Source: a virus
Taxonomy: Duplodnaviria > Caudoviricetes
DNA length: 45,448 nucleotides
Virus record (IMG/VR): IMGVR_UViG_3300032253_000003
Span: 1 to 45,448 of that record
Reading direction: 5' to 3' (one strand)
How positions within the stretch are numbered: position 1 is the stretch's first letter; every line of letters starts with the position of its first letter. Both the position numbers and the translations under genes were made by a program. Under the pieces are notes generated by a model. That model made no database searches. It saw only the letters and a list, made by a program, of their open reading frames with translations, and had not been told where the DNA came from. Of this stretch, positions 26,326-35,813 are shown one piece after another.

Positions 26326-28930
26326 AAGACATCGCTAATATTGTGCATGGCCCTGTACCTCTTATGTAAATGCGTGGATCGACCTCAGTCTCGCCATCAA
26401 ATTCAAAAGCTATCTCGCTATAATCACTTATTGTAGCATTTGTGGCTAATGTTGTACCGTCTTCAATATCTGGTAAGTTTTTCAACAAGGCGACACTTGG
26501 CCCAACCTGTAATGATCCCGGCCAATAATTCATTAACACAAAGCTAGTATCTACAATTCGCTTTCGCTTATTTAAAACAGATACGTTATCAAATCCACTG
26601 AGTTTGTTTGATATATAATCAGAAGTGTAAGGAAGGCCGACAATAACACTGGCCCATGATGATGCAACCGTAACGCTCCCGCTTGATACGGTGTAAGTGC
26701 CTCTATCTTGACCATCAGCCCACACGCCCACCGTTTCGTCTTCTAAATGCGTTAACCCTGTGAGCGTTGTGCCATGCGATGTAAATCTAACAAAGCTATC
26801 AAAAGTCTCTGATGCAGTCCCGCCTACCGAGTCTTTGAACTTTGCCATTTTCTCAAGACACTTCAGCCCGCCTCGATTAACAACAACATAAACTCGATCC
26901 TCATCAGAAGAGGGCAAAGAAACAACATCCTCAATATTCCCAGACATGGTTAACCGATTCCAACCTGCCACTTCCTCGACCACATCAACGGTATAAACCG
27001 CCATATCGCCATTGTCTAACACAGCGTATATTCTTGTTTCTGGTTGCCTTACTGATGTTAAGCGGTGAATGCCCGAGTCACAAATTGTCTGATTTAAAAT
27101 AGTAGTGTCAAGCGTTTCAAAAACATCTCGATCAGCAAAATTATTCAATGAATATAGCTTTATTCCCGATCTCTGCACAAAGTATAAAGTCCCATCAATT
27201 TTAATAGGCTCGATATTCGCTGATCCCTGAGTCGAGCCGCTGCGTATATTGGCTGTTGATGGTGTTAGAATTTCACCGAATGAGCTAGACCTTAGGACAA
27301 CTTCATCGCCGGATGTACCCATGATCAACTGACCCGCTACTCGTATCCACTTAACCGGATCAGATGGCCCAAACCCTATCGTTCTGTGTATTGATGCAGA
27401 GTCCCCGAGAATGCCAATATCGAAAGAAAAATAAGCGTCACTTACAGACCCCCAAGCCTCGTCCTTACCAGCAAAAAACAATCTACCCTCAACTAAGTCA
27501 ACCGATGTAGGGAATTGCCTTGCATCGCTCCATGAGCCCTCATACCAATCAAGTGTCGCATCAGTTGAGCCAAAATCAGTTAACACCTGAATATCGACTA
27601 CTGTGGTGGATGTAAAACTGGTTACTTTGCATATCCCATCAATCGAACCTGAGGCATAATCAAGACTCAAAACCAAAGTATCTAATCCAGCGTTATCACC
27701 AGCTTTAACAAATAAACGGTAATAAAAAATAGAATTGTCAAATGTATCATTAAACGACTTATTCTGATTTGTTGTATAAGACTCAACATCATCCCATGTA
27801 CTATTATCAGCGCTACGCTGAAGCGTTACAGTGCCGGTCGCAAACCCAGTCGCTATCACTGTGAATGCCCTTGATGAGCTAACACCTGTTATGCGAACAG
27901 ATGACGTTCCTGCGCCAGTATCAACCGACACGCTGGCCGTTACCTTCTGTCCTGTTGAAGTGACCTTAAATAATGCGCCAACATGTCCCGCTTCAAATAA
28001 ATCAGCGCTTGCTGTTAATGTCGTGTCGCCGCTTAACGCGCCAGGGGTCAATGTTATTGCACTTGAATTAATAACCTCAAATGGGCCGTCTTCTGTGCGA
28101 AAATCAACAACCGACCACGATTTATCGCCCCTATGCTCTATCTGAAATATCTTCCCGTTATCAAACGTGCAAAAAGTAATATCACCCGATTGAACCGTGC
28201 GTTGTGAATTCATAAATGCACTGGTCATTGGTGTATCTATAACCAGGTTAGCGGTTCCGGTATCAAACGACACGGAGTCAATTAATGATGCGTATTTCTT
28301 TGAGTTCTCGAACGTGATTGTAATATTTGCTGAAGGCGTGAAGTTTAATACATGTTCTCCAGGCTTTAACGTGGCGCTAAAAATATCAAAGCTGCTTGCC
28401 CCGCTAGTGCCAATCTTAACCACGCAAGGCGCACGATTAATAACAATCCGCATGAAGTGTTCGACATTTAATTCAGTTGTGGCAATTGTTTGATATGAAA
28501 CCGCATTGCTTGACCCGTCCCCTGTTAAAGCCAGTGCGCCGGTGGCATGCCACGCAGTTGTCGCGCTACCACTTGAAGCATCAGTCCAGCTTGTTATATT
28601 TGCACTAAAGGTTCCGTTAAGAATGGGGGTTGTGACAGCAGAAACAGTAATCGGTACGTCATTTACAACAAATTCAACCTTGTCATTGTAGAAGTCTAAT
28701 ATCGCGGTATCATCTACCGCCGCAATAAAATCAACTAATCTATGGGCGTATGTTGCATTGACGTTGGATATAAACTCACTGCCTGGGCGATATATCATAT
28801 TGCCGAGGCGTGAAGGGATAAAGTTTACCATTGAGGATGCGGACTCATTTACCCGCTTGATGTCTTCACGAGCCAAAGCCCTTTGATCTATTTCACCTCG
28901 ATTAAAATGTAGAACCGTACCTGTTAACAT
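26285..28930 (-). CDS. Tail tubular protein B (nozzle, T7 gp12-like)
   Basis: FNRGEID, RPGSEF, FPTSV...GRLFF, FVQRSG, GL.HLE.ETV.VWADG, VGLPY motifs. Confidence 0.88.
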   Translation of the reverse strand: MLTGTVLHFNRGEIDQRALAREDIKRVNESASSMVNFIPSRLGNMIYRPGSEFISNVNATYAHRLVDFIAAVDDTAILDFYNDKVEFVVNDVPITVSAVTTPILNGTFSANITSWTDASSGSATTAWHATGALALTGDGSSNAVSYQTIATTELNVEHFMRIVINRAPCVVKIGTSGASSFDIFSATLKPGEHVLNFTPSANITITFENSKKYASLIDSVSFDTGTANLVIDTPMTSAFMNSQRTVQSGDITFCTFDNGKIFQIEHRGDKSWSVVDFRTEDGPFEVINSSAITLTPGALSGDTTLTASADLFEAGHVGALFKVTSTGQKVTASVSVDTGAGTSSVRITGVSSSRAFTVIATGFATGTVTLQRSADNSTWDDVESYTTNQNKSFNDTFDNSIFYYRLFVKAGDNAGLDTLVLSLDYASGSIDGICKVTSFTSTTVVDIQVLTDFGSTDATLDWYEGSWSDARQFPTSVDLVEGRLFFAGKDEAWGSVSDAYFSFDIGILGDSASIHRTIGFGPSDPVKWIRVAGQLIMGTSGDEVVLRSSSFGEILTPSTANIRSGSTQGSANIEPIKIDGTLYFVQRSGIKLYSLNNFADRDVFETLDTTILNQTICDSGIHRLTSVRQPETRIYAVLDNGDMAVYTVDVVEEVAGWNRLTMSGNIEDVVSLPSSDEDRVYVVVNRGGLKCLEKMAKFKDSVGGTASETFDSFVRFTSHGTTLTGLTHLEDETVGVWADGQDRGTYTVSSGSVTVASSWASVIVGLPYTSDYISNKLSGFDNVSVLNKRKRIVDTSFVLMNYWPGSLQVGPSVALLKNLPDIEDGTTLATNATISDYSEIAFEFDGETEVDPRIYIRGTGPCTILAMSYGIEGDLTRSSGG

Positions 28931-28969
28931 TGCTTTGACCTAAAAAATTATTATATGCATGGGGTTTTA

Positions 28970-30151
28970 CTAAGGTCTGTTGCGATACCCGCCTTTAAAT
29001 CGACTGCTTGACCATCTACCATTAGCTAATTGCCTTGGCGGGCTTTGCATCGCATCGTTAGCTATAGCTGATGATTTTCTTTTTTCATAAATCGCATTAG
29101 CTATATTAAAGTCAGCGCCTTCTTTTTTTAAGCTGGGCGAGGCATCATTAGCCATTCGTCCGGCAATAAGACGTTTAAAATAAGTTGGCCATGATGAAGG
29201 ATTAACCAAGAAGCTATCATTAATATACTGTAAATAGTATTCGTCTTGATCGGTGAATATCCAGTCGCCCTCATCTTTGTACAGCTTTAAAGGTTGCTGC
29301 ATGTACTCATCATAGAATATTCCGTCGATTCTATGCATGTCAGTTGGCTTCTGGTGGGCTCTTCGATACCCCCACGCAGGCTCAACAGATGGATCATAGT
29401 AACTTTTAGTTGATGTGGTGGAGAATATCCAACCAGTATCCTCAAGCTCATCAGAAACAATACCCGCATCTAAAACACGATCAAGCTTAGTCCTGCGGTT
29501 AGAGTCATCTGTATTGGTCGATATTTCATCCAGACCCATGATAATAAGCGCGTCATTGTAGATTAATCGCCATTCATTGGTTAGAGTGTTAGTTGTTACA
29601 GACGAGCGCTTTGCTGGCTCCTTGGTTGCTTCTAACCCTTTTGATATCTCTATCCGCTCAGCAAGAAGCACATTCATGTCTTCTGTTTGATTCGGGGCGA
29701 GCTTTATACTTATTTCACGTGCTAGATAAGCCGCAACAACGCGAGAGAATGAAGGTGACCAATTAGAAAAATCAGTAACTACATCATCAGAGATATAACG
29801 AAGGTAGATAGTGGGGTATTCGCATGAGAGCGTATTGCCCTCAATGATATATCGATTAACTTCCTGATCTAAATTAGCATCAGAATATACACCAACAACA
29901 GTTATATAATCGCTTGGCAATGTTTGAACACTGTCAAGATCATGGTTAGCGCTTGGGGTGACCGAACTAATTAATAGCGTTTTACGCGCAAATACCGGTT
30001 TAGCAACTTCTAAGCAATATTCAATTGCGTCTAACGCATACGAGGCATCTAATAAATGCCTCGGCTCTCTGTCTTCAGTTAGGCTGGATAAGCTTCGTTG
30101 CCCAATCAATAACAGTGAGTTGTTGTATAGACTAAGCTTATCGACCGCCAT
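28970..30151 (-). CDS. Tail tubular protein A (adaptor, gp11-like), tandemly duplicated domain
   Basis: YNNSLLLIG/YNDALIIMG and WSPSFSRVVA/WPTYFKRLIA repeats. Confidence 0.8.
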   Translation of the reverse strand: MAVDKLSLYNNSLLLIGQRSLSSLTEDREPRHLLDASYALDAIEYCLEVAKPVFARKTLLISSVTPSANHDLDSVQTLPSDYITVVGVYSDANLDQEVNRYIIEGNTLSCEYPTIYLRYISDDVVTDFSNWSPSFSRVVAAYLAREISIKLAPNQTEDMNVLLAERIEISKGLEATKEPAKRSSVTTNTLTNEWRLIYNDALIIMGLDEISTNTDDSNRRTKLDRVLDAGIVSDELEDTGWIFSTTSTKSYYDPSVEPAWGYRRAHQKPTDMHRIDGIFYDEYMQQPLKLYKDEGDWIFTDQDEYYLQYINDSFLVNPSSWPTYFKRLIAGRMANDASPSLKKEGADFNIANAIYEKRKSSAIANDAMQSPPRQLANGRWSSSRFKGGYRNRP

Positions 30152-30152
30152 T

Positions 30153-30611
30153 TTAAGACCTCAGGGCTTTAACGTAATCTTCCATTTCTTTCATTGCGAA
30201 TGTTGATGTCGCTATCCCTTCTTTTATAATTTCACCTGTGGATTGCTTAATTAAGCACCACTTTTTAGGGCCCCGTAGCTTAATTTCATAACCTGATAGC
30301 TCGGTAGCTGATGTCTCAGTACTAACAACATCAAGTTTATGCATTGAAATAATCTTAATCTTTGCCGTAGAACCTTGTGCAAAGGTGCAGATACCATAAG
30401 CAACAAAAGACATATCATCAGCTAAACAGCGAACTTCGCTACCCATGATCATTTTATTTGCAACATTTACCCATAAATCTGGATCTTCTAAATCAATTTT
30501 TTTTAATACCCCTGAAACATTGGCATCGAATTGTGTGATCTTGTGACTAACCAACCCGAAGTCGGAAGGTCGCAATGCCTCAATCTTTAGTTTTTTATCA
30601 GCCGTAGCCAT
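30153..30611 (-). CDS. Hypothetical protein in head-tail region
   Basis: GAGG RBS, synteny. Confidence 0.75.
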   Translation of the reverse strand: MATADKKLKIEALRPSDFGLVSHKITQFDANVSGVLKKIDLEDPDLWVNVANKMIMGSEVRCLADDMSFVAYGICTFAQGSTAKIKIISMHKLDVVSTETSATELSGYEIKLRGPKKWCLIKQSTGEIIKEGIATSTFAMKEMEDYVKALRS

Positions 30612-30628
30612 TATTCACCTCGAAAGTT

Positions 30629-30660
30629 AAAAGAACCGACCCCCGAAGGGGCTAGTCTTG
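30629..30660 (-). terminator. Intrinsic terminator after capsid/decoration genes
   Basis: Minus strand GCCCC-UUCG-GGGGU hairpin followed by U-run. Confidence 0.8.
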
Positions 30661-30668
30661 TTTACTGA

Positions 30669-30953
30669 TTAATCAGTGTCAGTTGCAGTAATTGCCGTGC
30701 CATCAGTTAGATCGCAAGCGCCTCCCGCAGTAACACTGTTTACCAGGTAGATATGTCCCACTGTGCCGCCAGCCGTATCCGTATGAAAGACAATATCACC
30801 GACTGCAACGCCGAGGTCATCAGCATTAGTGATATAACCAGCCACGCGAACTACAGTAGCCGCATCTGTAGAGTTATACATCCAGATTGCACCACCAGCA
30901 GCGCCTACACGTTGTGTAATGCAAGCAGGAGGGTTTGTAGTAGCATATGCCAT
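30669..30953 (-). CDS. Probable capsid decoration protein
   Basis: Small A/T/G/V-rich ORF directly after major capsid gene. Confidence 0.7.
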   Translation of the reverse strand: MAYATTNPPACITQRVGAAGGAIWMYNSTDAATVVRVAGYITNADDLGVAVGDIVFHTDTAGGTVGHIYLVNSVTAGGACDLTDGTAITATDTD

Positions 30954-31023
30954 TGTATTTTCCTCTTAATTAAATTTACAAATCAAGTAGGCTCACTCAG
31001 AAGCACTACATTGGTCACATGAT

Positions 31024-31851
31024 TTAGCTAAGAGCGCTGTCATCGTGTAACATCTTAACTACGCCGCTATTCTGGAGTAATTTAGATCCCATGTAGGTAG
31101 AGCAACGCGCCCAAGATTTATCATTCTTGTCGTCGTAACCCACGAATGTACTAATGCTTTCGGTATCACAAGCATGACCAATAGCCTGTCGTGAATACAT
31201 GTAGCATGTAGAACTTGCAGTACCAGCACCAGGCAAGCCAGCATCAACAATCCAGTTTACACCGTACCAGTTAAACGCCATTGACTTACTTACGTTTTCA
31301 AAGGGTTTTAGGTTGATGTAATCAGCAGAGGTGAACTGATTTAATCCCATCAGGTAACCGTGGAATGCAGGCGTAATAAGCGCAAAAGGCTCTTCTTCCA
31401 GTGCAAACGCATTGCCTAGTTTGGTTTTAGCAGTTGATACCAGTGTTAGAGTCGCTACAGCAGCAGCACCCCATGTCACAGTAGCAGTGGTTAGTGCGGC
31501 ATGAATGTCTGTGTCGATCTTGCGATTAACAACAGCCATTGATGTTTCTTGCATAATACGACGACCGTCGCCTTGAGATGCAAACAGGTTAAAGTTTGTA
31601 CGCTCTGGAACATCGTGCCATTCTTGCAAGGTTGCACTAAATTGATTTAAGTTGTCTGGGCGCGTAGGAATGTCTCCATTTACGCCGCGAGTTACCGCAG
31701 AAGCTCCACCGGAATCAGCTACAAGAAACACGGCTGTATTGCCATTAATCTCAGTCTCAGTCGTAACAGTACGACGGGCTAAAGATTGACGTTTCTCGAA
31801 ACCTGCGATGAATTCTTTTCTATACATAGTCTGAAACGCAGTATCAGCCAT
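31024..31851 (-). CDS. Major capsid protein
   Basis: MADTAFQTMYRKEFIAGFE...AVTRGVNGDIP podovirus capsid family; follows scaffold; AGGAG RBS. Confidence 0.88.
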   Translation of the reverse strand: MADTAFQTMYRKEFIAGFEKRQSLARRTVTTETEINGNTAVFLVADSGGASAVTRGVNGDIPTRPDNLNQFSATLQEWHDVPERTNFNLFASQGDGRRIMQETSMAVVNRKIDTDIHAALTTATVTWGAAAVATLTLVSTAKTKLGNAFALEEEPFALITPAFHGYLMGLNQFTSADYINLKPFENVSKSMAFNWYGVNWIVDAGLPGAGTASSTCYMYSRQAIGHACDTESISTFVGYDDKNDKSWARCSTYMGSKLLQNSGVVKMLHDDSALS

Positions 31852-31900
31852 GACTTTTCTCCTAAAAATAATATATTAAAAATTACAATATACTAGTAGT

Positions 31901-32021
31901 CTGAGTTAGCCATGATCTGATCCATGATGCGAGTTAGCCGCTAGGGGTCGCTAGAATCATACTAATGGGGTCTTTCTATTAGTTCAGGGTTAAGTATAGA
32001 ATATTTACAGGCATAATTCAA
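31901..32021 (-). promoter_or_regulatory. Capsid-gene promoter and structured 5' leader
   Basis: TTGAAT(32021-16)-17-TATACT(31998-93); leader has GACCCC and GGCUAACUC twice each in nested stems. Confidence 0.6.
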
Positions 32022-32521
32022 CAAAGCTGCCTGTCTCCGTGATTTTCGTGGAATCTGTGTTTTTTCTCTGCATCTTTTCTTGCCTTTATCGCCTCTGTTT
32101 TTTTATCAAACAAGCCTAAATGCAATGACTTTCTATTAATATATATTGAAGCTACCCACTTCTCTGCTTGCTTATGCCATCCTACGCCAATATGGCCACT
32201 TGTATTATCTGATGGTATCCTTATATTTTTAAGATTATCTCCATGAGAAACATCCTTTAGATTGATAATTCTATTATTATCCTTATAACCATCATCGTGA
32301 TCTATTTCGTCTGGCATGATCCCATAAACATACAGCCAAGCCATCCTGTGTAGATAGTATTCTTTGTAGTCTATGCTTGTTCTCATGTAGCCCTTTTTAT
32401 TGAGGCTTCCAGGGCTAGATCCTGCAATCGCTCTATTATTTAGGGTTATTTTTCTGGTAAAAATACCACTATCAGGATCATAGATAAATAGCTCTTTCAG
32501 TCTTTCTTGTGTCAGCTTCAT
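32018..32521 (-). CDS. Free-standing HNH-AP2 homing endonuclease
   Basis: LTQERLKEL..YDPDSGIF, HRMAWLYVYG, IDH.DG...NNRI.NL, NTSG..GV.W...W.A.I, LGLF....A..AR. Confidence 0.92.
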   Translation of the reverse strand: MKLTQERLKELFIYDPDSGIFTRKITLNNRAIAGSSPGSLNKKGYMRTSIDYKEYYLHRMAWLYVYGIMPDEIDHDDGYKDNNRIINLKDVSHGDNLKNIRIPSDNTSGHIGVGWHKQAEKWVASIYINRKSLHLGLFDKKTEAIKARKDAEKKHRFHENHGDRQLC

Positions 32522-32620
32522 TGCATACTCCGAATAAGTATATCGACAATAAATAAGAAGGCAGGCAGGTTATCGAGTCCTGCTTTTCGGGGTATCCCCC
32601 TAGCCGTCAGTATTATAACA
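32522..32620 (-). ncRNA. c4-like structured leader RNA with own promoter
   Basis: TGtTATAAT then GGCUAGGGGGAUACCCCGAAAAGCAGG-loop-CCUGCCUGCC and an RBS-occluding hairpin. Confidence 0.6.
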
Positions 32621-32658
32621 TTAAAGCCATCCTTGGCGGTGGAAAGTCCTCGTCGGGG

Positions 32659-33648
32659 TTAACTGGCCATTCTTTCTTTAGCGGTGACTAAATCTTGATA
32701 TCGCTTCTGTGAGTCGAGGTCTTTATACCATTCAGGTGTACCCATTTTGCCCTCAAGCGCTTTAATCTCATCAGTCATTGTCTGCATGGGGTTAGCTGAG
32801 TTAGGAACTACGGTTGCAGATGGATTGATCTTTCTGGCCCATTCTGCCATTGCAACCATCATTTCAGGGCTGTTAAATACCGCTTTACCGTCTGGCATAC
32901 GGGCTGATTCAAACTGCTCTTTAATAGACTCAGGCAATTGATTAATTAAACCGCTGACCACATTCAAGTTGGTTGTGAAGTCTCCGCCCCATGCTTCTTT
33001 AAGCTGCTTTTGAGTCATTTGCTGGTCAATGCCGTCCTGGCTTACCATTGCATCAACCTTGGCCTGCTCGCTTCTCAGCATTGAGTTAACTATATCACTC
33101 ATAACTTCTGATTTTACATCGCCTTTATGAGCTATCTTATAAACATCAGCCAAAGTCTCTTCATCACCCTCACCAAGAACTAACCCTTCCTCTAGGGTTA
33201 AGCTATAATCTTCCGGGGTCTGAGGTATTCCGTTGGCTTCTCGATAATCGGACATTTGCTCATCTGTTGGGTTTTCAGGCAGCCCGGTACTTACCTCGCC
33301 TGCTCTAATCTTTTCCTGTGCAGATAGATAGTTTTTAGTAAACACGCCGATATCTGATACACGATCAAGCTGCTTCATTGCTTTGTCGAAGTCATCACCT
33401 GCTTCATACCCAGCTTTAGTTAGTGCCTGTGATCGCCAGTCTTCGGGCACAGTTGCAAAGTAGTCAACCGGAGCGCCATCACCGGAACCAGGGGAATCAT
33501 CTCCTGCACCCGCATCGCCAGTATCTCCACCCGCGTCACCAGCCCCAGCCTCACCGCCGCCACCTTCGCCGCCTTCATCACCATCAATCATGTTAATAAA
33601 TCTGCGTGACATCGCGCCAAATCGCATCGCTTGATTACGTCTCTTCAT
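32659..33648 (-). CDS. Capsid scaffolding protein
   Basis: G/D-rich N-terminus, GIPQTPEDY, LKEAWGGDF; lies between portal and capsid. Confidence 0.8.
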   Translation of the reverse strand: MKRRNQAMRFGAMSRRFINMIDGDEGGEGGGGEAGAGDAGGDTGDAGAGDDSPGSGDGAPVDYFATVPEDWRSQALTKAGYEAGDDFDKAMKQLDRVSDIGVFTKNYLSAQEKIRAGEVSTGLPENPTDEQMSDYREANGIPQTPEDYSLTLEEGLVLGEGDEETLADVYKIAHKGDVKSEVMSDIVNSMLRSEQAKVDAMVSQDGIDQQMTQKQLKEAWGGDFTTNLNVVSGLINQLPESIKEQFESARMPDGKAVFNSPEMMVAMAEWARKINPSATVVPNSANPMQTMTDEIKALEGKMGTPEWYKDLDSQKRYQDLVTAKERMAS

Positions 33649-33922
33649 CTTCTTTCACCTCATTATCTAGTTGCCCGACAGGGATTTGTAAATGTTTTAG
33701 AATCTCATGACCCACAAAGGCCCGCCCATTAAGGAATGCAGACTGATCGAATGAATCAGGAATATAAAGGGTATTATGCGCTCGACTGAACTTGTTAACA
33801 ATAACTGATAGTGCAAGGCGTTGCTGATACTCGTTTGCCTCGCCTTTATTTAGCGATGTAAGAGCTTGATGCTCTTCTTTTGTTAGCGCTTTATAGCGGA
33901 AACATGCTTTCTTAGCTGCCAT
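33635..33922 (-). CDS. Bbp19-like conserved podovirus protein
   Basis: SAFLNGRAFVG motif after portal. Confidence 0.7.
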   Translation of the reverse strand: MAAKKACFRYKALTKEEHQALTSLNKGEANEYQQRLALSVIVNKFSRAHNTLYIPDSFDQSAFLNGRAFVGHEILKHLQIPVGQLDNEVKEDEET

Positions 33923-35491
33923 CTATGCTTGTCCCTCCATCTGCCCCATTTCAGCCTCAGTCATTGCTTGTTTGGTTTCTGCATCTATTTTACGAATGTT
34001 CGTCACATCTTCCGGTAACCGCTTCCAGCTTTCAGGGGCTCCTGAACCGCTCATAGCATCTCGCAATGCTGCATCAACATCAACGTTACTTGCTGCATTA
34101 GGATCAATGGTAGCCGCGTTGTTTGCCATTTCTATTACTTGTCCAAATTGATTCACTTTCTTTTCTTCCTCGGAAGCTGATAGCGGTGATTCAAACTTAA
34201 ATACAATGTCCTGTCCTAATAATGATTGCGGAATGTCCTGCGGTGACCCCAAAAACCCTGCACTCATCGCAACATCGAATGATAGCTCGCACAATTGGCC
34301 GTTGTATTCATCTTCAATAGGCTGGAATAAGGGTAAATTCTCGCGTCTATACTGTTTCATACGCTCTGAAACTTCATATGCGGTCATTTCTTTATTAGTC
34401 TCTGGCAACGTCATCTTGCTCATATAAAACGCGCTCTTGAGCGTGTCAGCTATTCTATCGTGCATATCCATACCAATTGGATACCCGCCACGATCTTGAG
34501 CAATCGGCCTTAGTGATGCGCCTAATCGTTCGTCATATTCATCGTCAACCCATGTTATGCCGCCAGCACTTAGATCAACATCTGAACGAATAACTTTTTG
34601 AGTAGCTAATATTGGTGGGTTTGAATAACGTTCAGCCGCTTCTAACAATGTATGCTGCATTTCCTGCATAGATCGTGCATCAGGTAATCCCACAACGGTT
34701 GCCGGGGAGTAAGCAAACTGAGACCCAGGGATTGTTTTGAACCTGGGTACTACATAAAATTTGTTATTAATGCCTGTGACTTCAAGTAATTTATCGTTCT
34801 TCACATCAATGAAGATCGAAACATAAGGATTTTCTATTGTCTCGTCGCCGTACATTTCTGATGTCATCACAATATGCCTGACATCACCCTCTTTCATCTT
34901 GTCTTTGCCTTCAGCTTTGGCAACATCTCCGTGAACATTGTCTTTGCCAAAATACTCAACCATATCGCCATAGGTTGGCTTCCATTTTCTAACAACTCCA
35001 CCGACCTGGCCAGACTCATCATCCCACCACGAGCAGTCACGCAAATGCCAGCAACGATATAACAAGCCATCGGCCTTTTTATTTAACTCAACCGATATGA
35101 CGCAATCACCGAACGTAATAAAATCATGATCACCTTCTTTGGTTGCTCTTACAAAATTGCTCGACCTGGCTGTTATTAATTCCATTAAGCGCTTTGACGC
35201 CCATTGCAACCACATAGCGCCTTGTTGGTCTGCCTCACCATTAATGCCGACACTGAACCACTCTCCGTCCCGAAGCATAGCGGCTAATGAATCGCCTAAA
35301 TCTCGTCTAACCAGTACAGGGTATGACTCGACAAGAAGATCAGCAAGCTCAATACCTATGTTACGTGTGACCGTAAAATCGGCCCTTTCTGGGTAGAAGT
35401 TATCAGCCAGCGTCTGATATAAGCTCATCATTGGCTGATGTTTGATCATAACTGACCCGGCTAACTCTTTAAGCTGCTTAATCTCTAACAT
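33923..35491 (-). CDS. Portal (head-tail connector), T7-like
   Basis: YVVPRF....YSP, NPP, MTAYEVSER, FESPL motifs; follows TerL. Confidence 0.93.
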   Translation of the reverse strand: MLEIKQLKELAGSVMIKHQPMMSLYQTLADNFYPERADFTVTRNIGIELADLLVESYPVLVRRDLGDSLAAMLRDGEWFSVGINGEADQQGAMWLQWASKRLMELITARSSNFVRATKEGDHDFITFGDCVISVELNKKADGLLYRCWHLRDCSWWDDESGQVGGVVRKWKPTYGDMVEYFGKDNVHGDVAKAEGKDKMKEGDVRHIVMTSEMYGDETIENPYVSIFIDVKNDKLLEVTGINNKFYVVPRFKTIPGSQFAYSPATVVGLPDARSMQEMQHTLLEAAERYSNPPILATQKVIRSDVDLSAGGITWVDDEYDERLGASLRPIAQDRGGYPIGMDMHDRIADTLKSAFYMSKMTLPETNKEMTAYEVSERMKQYRRENLPLFQPIEDEYNGQLCELSFDVAMSAGFLGSPQDIPQSLLGQDIVFKFESPLSASEEEKKVNQFGQVIEMANNAATIDPNAASNVDVDAALRDAMSGSGAPESWKRLPEDVTNIRKIDAETKQAMTEAEMGQMEGQA

Positions 35492-35494
35492 GGT

Positions 35495-35812
35495 TTACCC
35501 CAGCGTTCCGCCGTCATTTGTTAGCATTGTGCCTGCACGACCAGCCTTTGCGTATTTGCGCTGTGATGCTCGCTGTTTAGCTCTCCTTAACAGTTCGTCA
35601 TCCGGTGTCGGTGCCGTTGCACCAGGTTTATCAGGGCCCGGTATTTCTGGTATCAGCACATCCTGTACAGCTCCTACCCCGGCCTTTGCGCCACGCTTTA
35701 ATTGACCTGAAACATCAAGCGGATCAGCTAAAAACTTTAAAGGATCATTCTTTATCTTCTTACCTATACTCTTTGCTCCGCGCTTGAGCGCGCTACCTAT
35801 GCCCCATCCCAT
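35495..35812 (-). CDS. Small virion-associated protein
   Basis: Likely start MGWGIG after GGAG; PTPDD...GRAGTMLT...TLG tail typical of gene before portal. Confidence 0.7.
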   Translation of the reverse strand: MGWGIGSALKRGAKSIGKKIKNDPLKFLADPLDVSGQLKRGAKAGVGAVQDVLIPEIPGPDKPGATAPTPDDELLRRAKQRASQRKYAKAGRAGTMLTNDGGTLG

Positions 35813-35813
35813 A

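Noticed and set aside
30850-30859. 10-nt complementarity between the second tRNA-like loop and the decoration-gene mRNA
   Set aside because: A match of this length is plausible by chance in 45 kb and lies mid-CDS.
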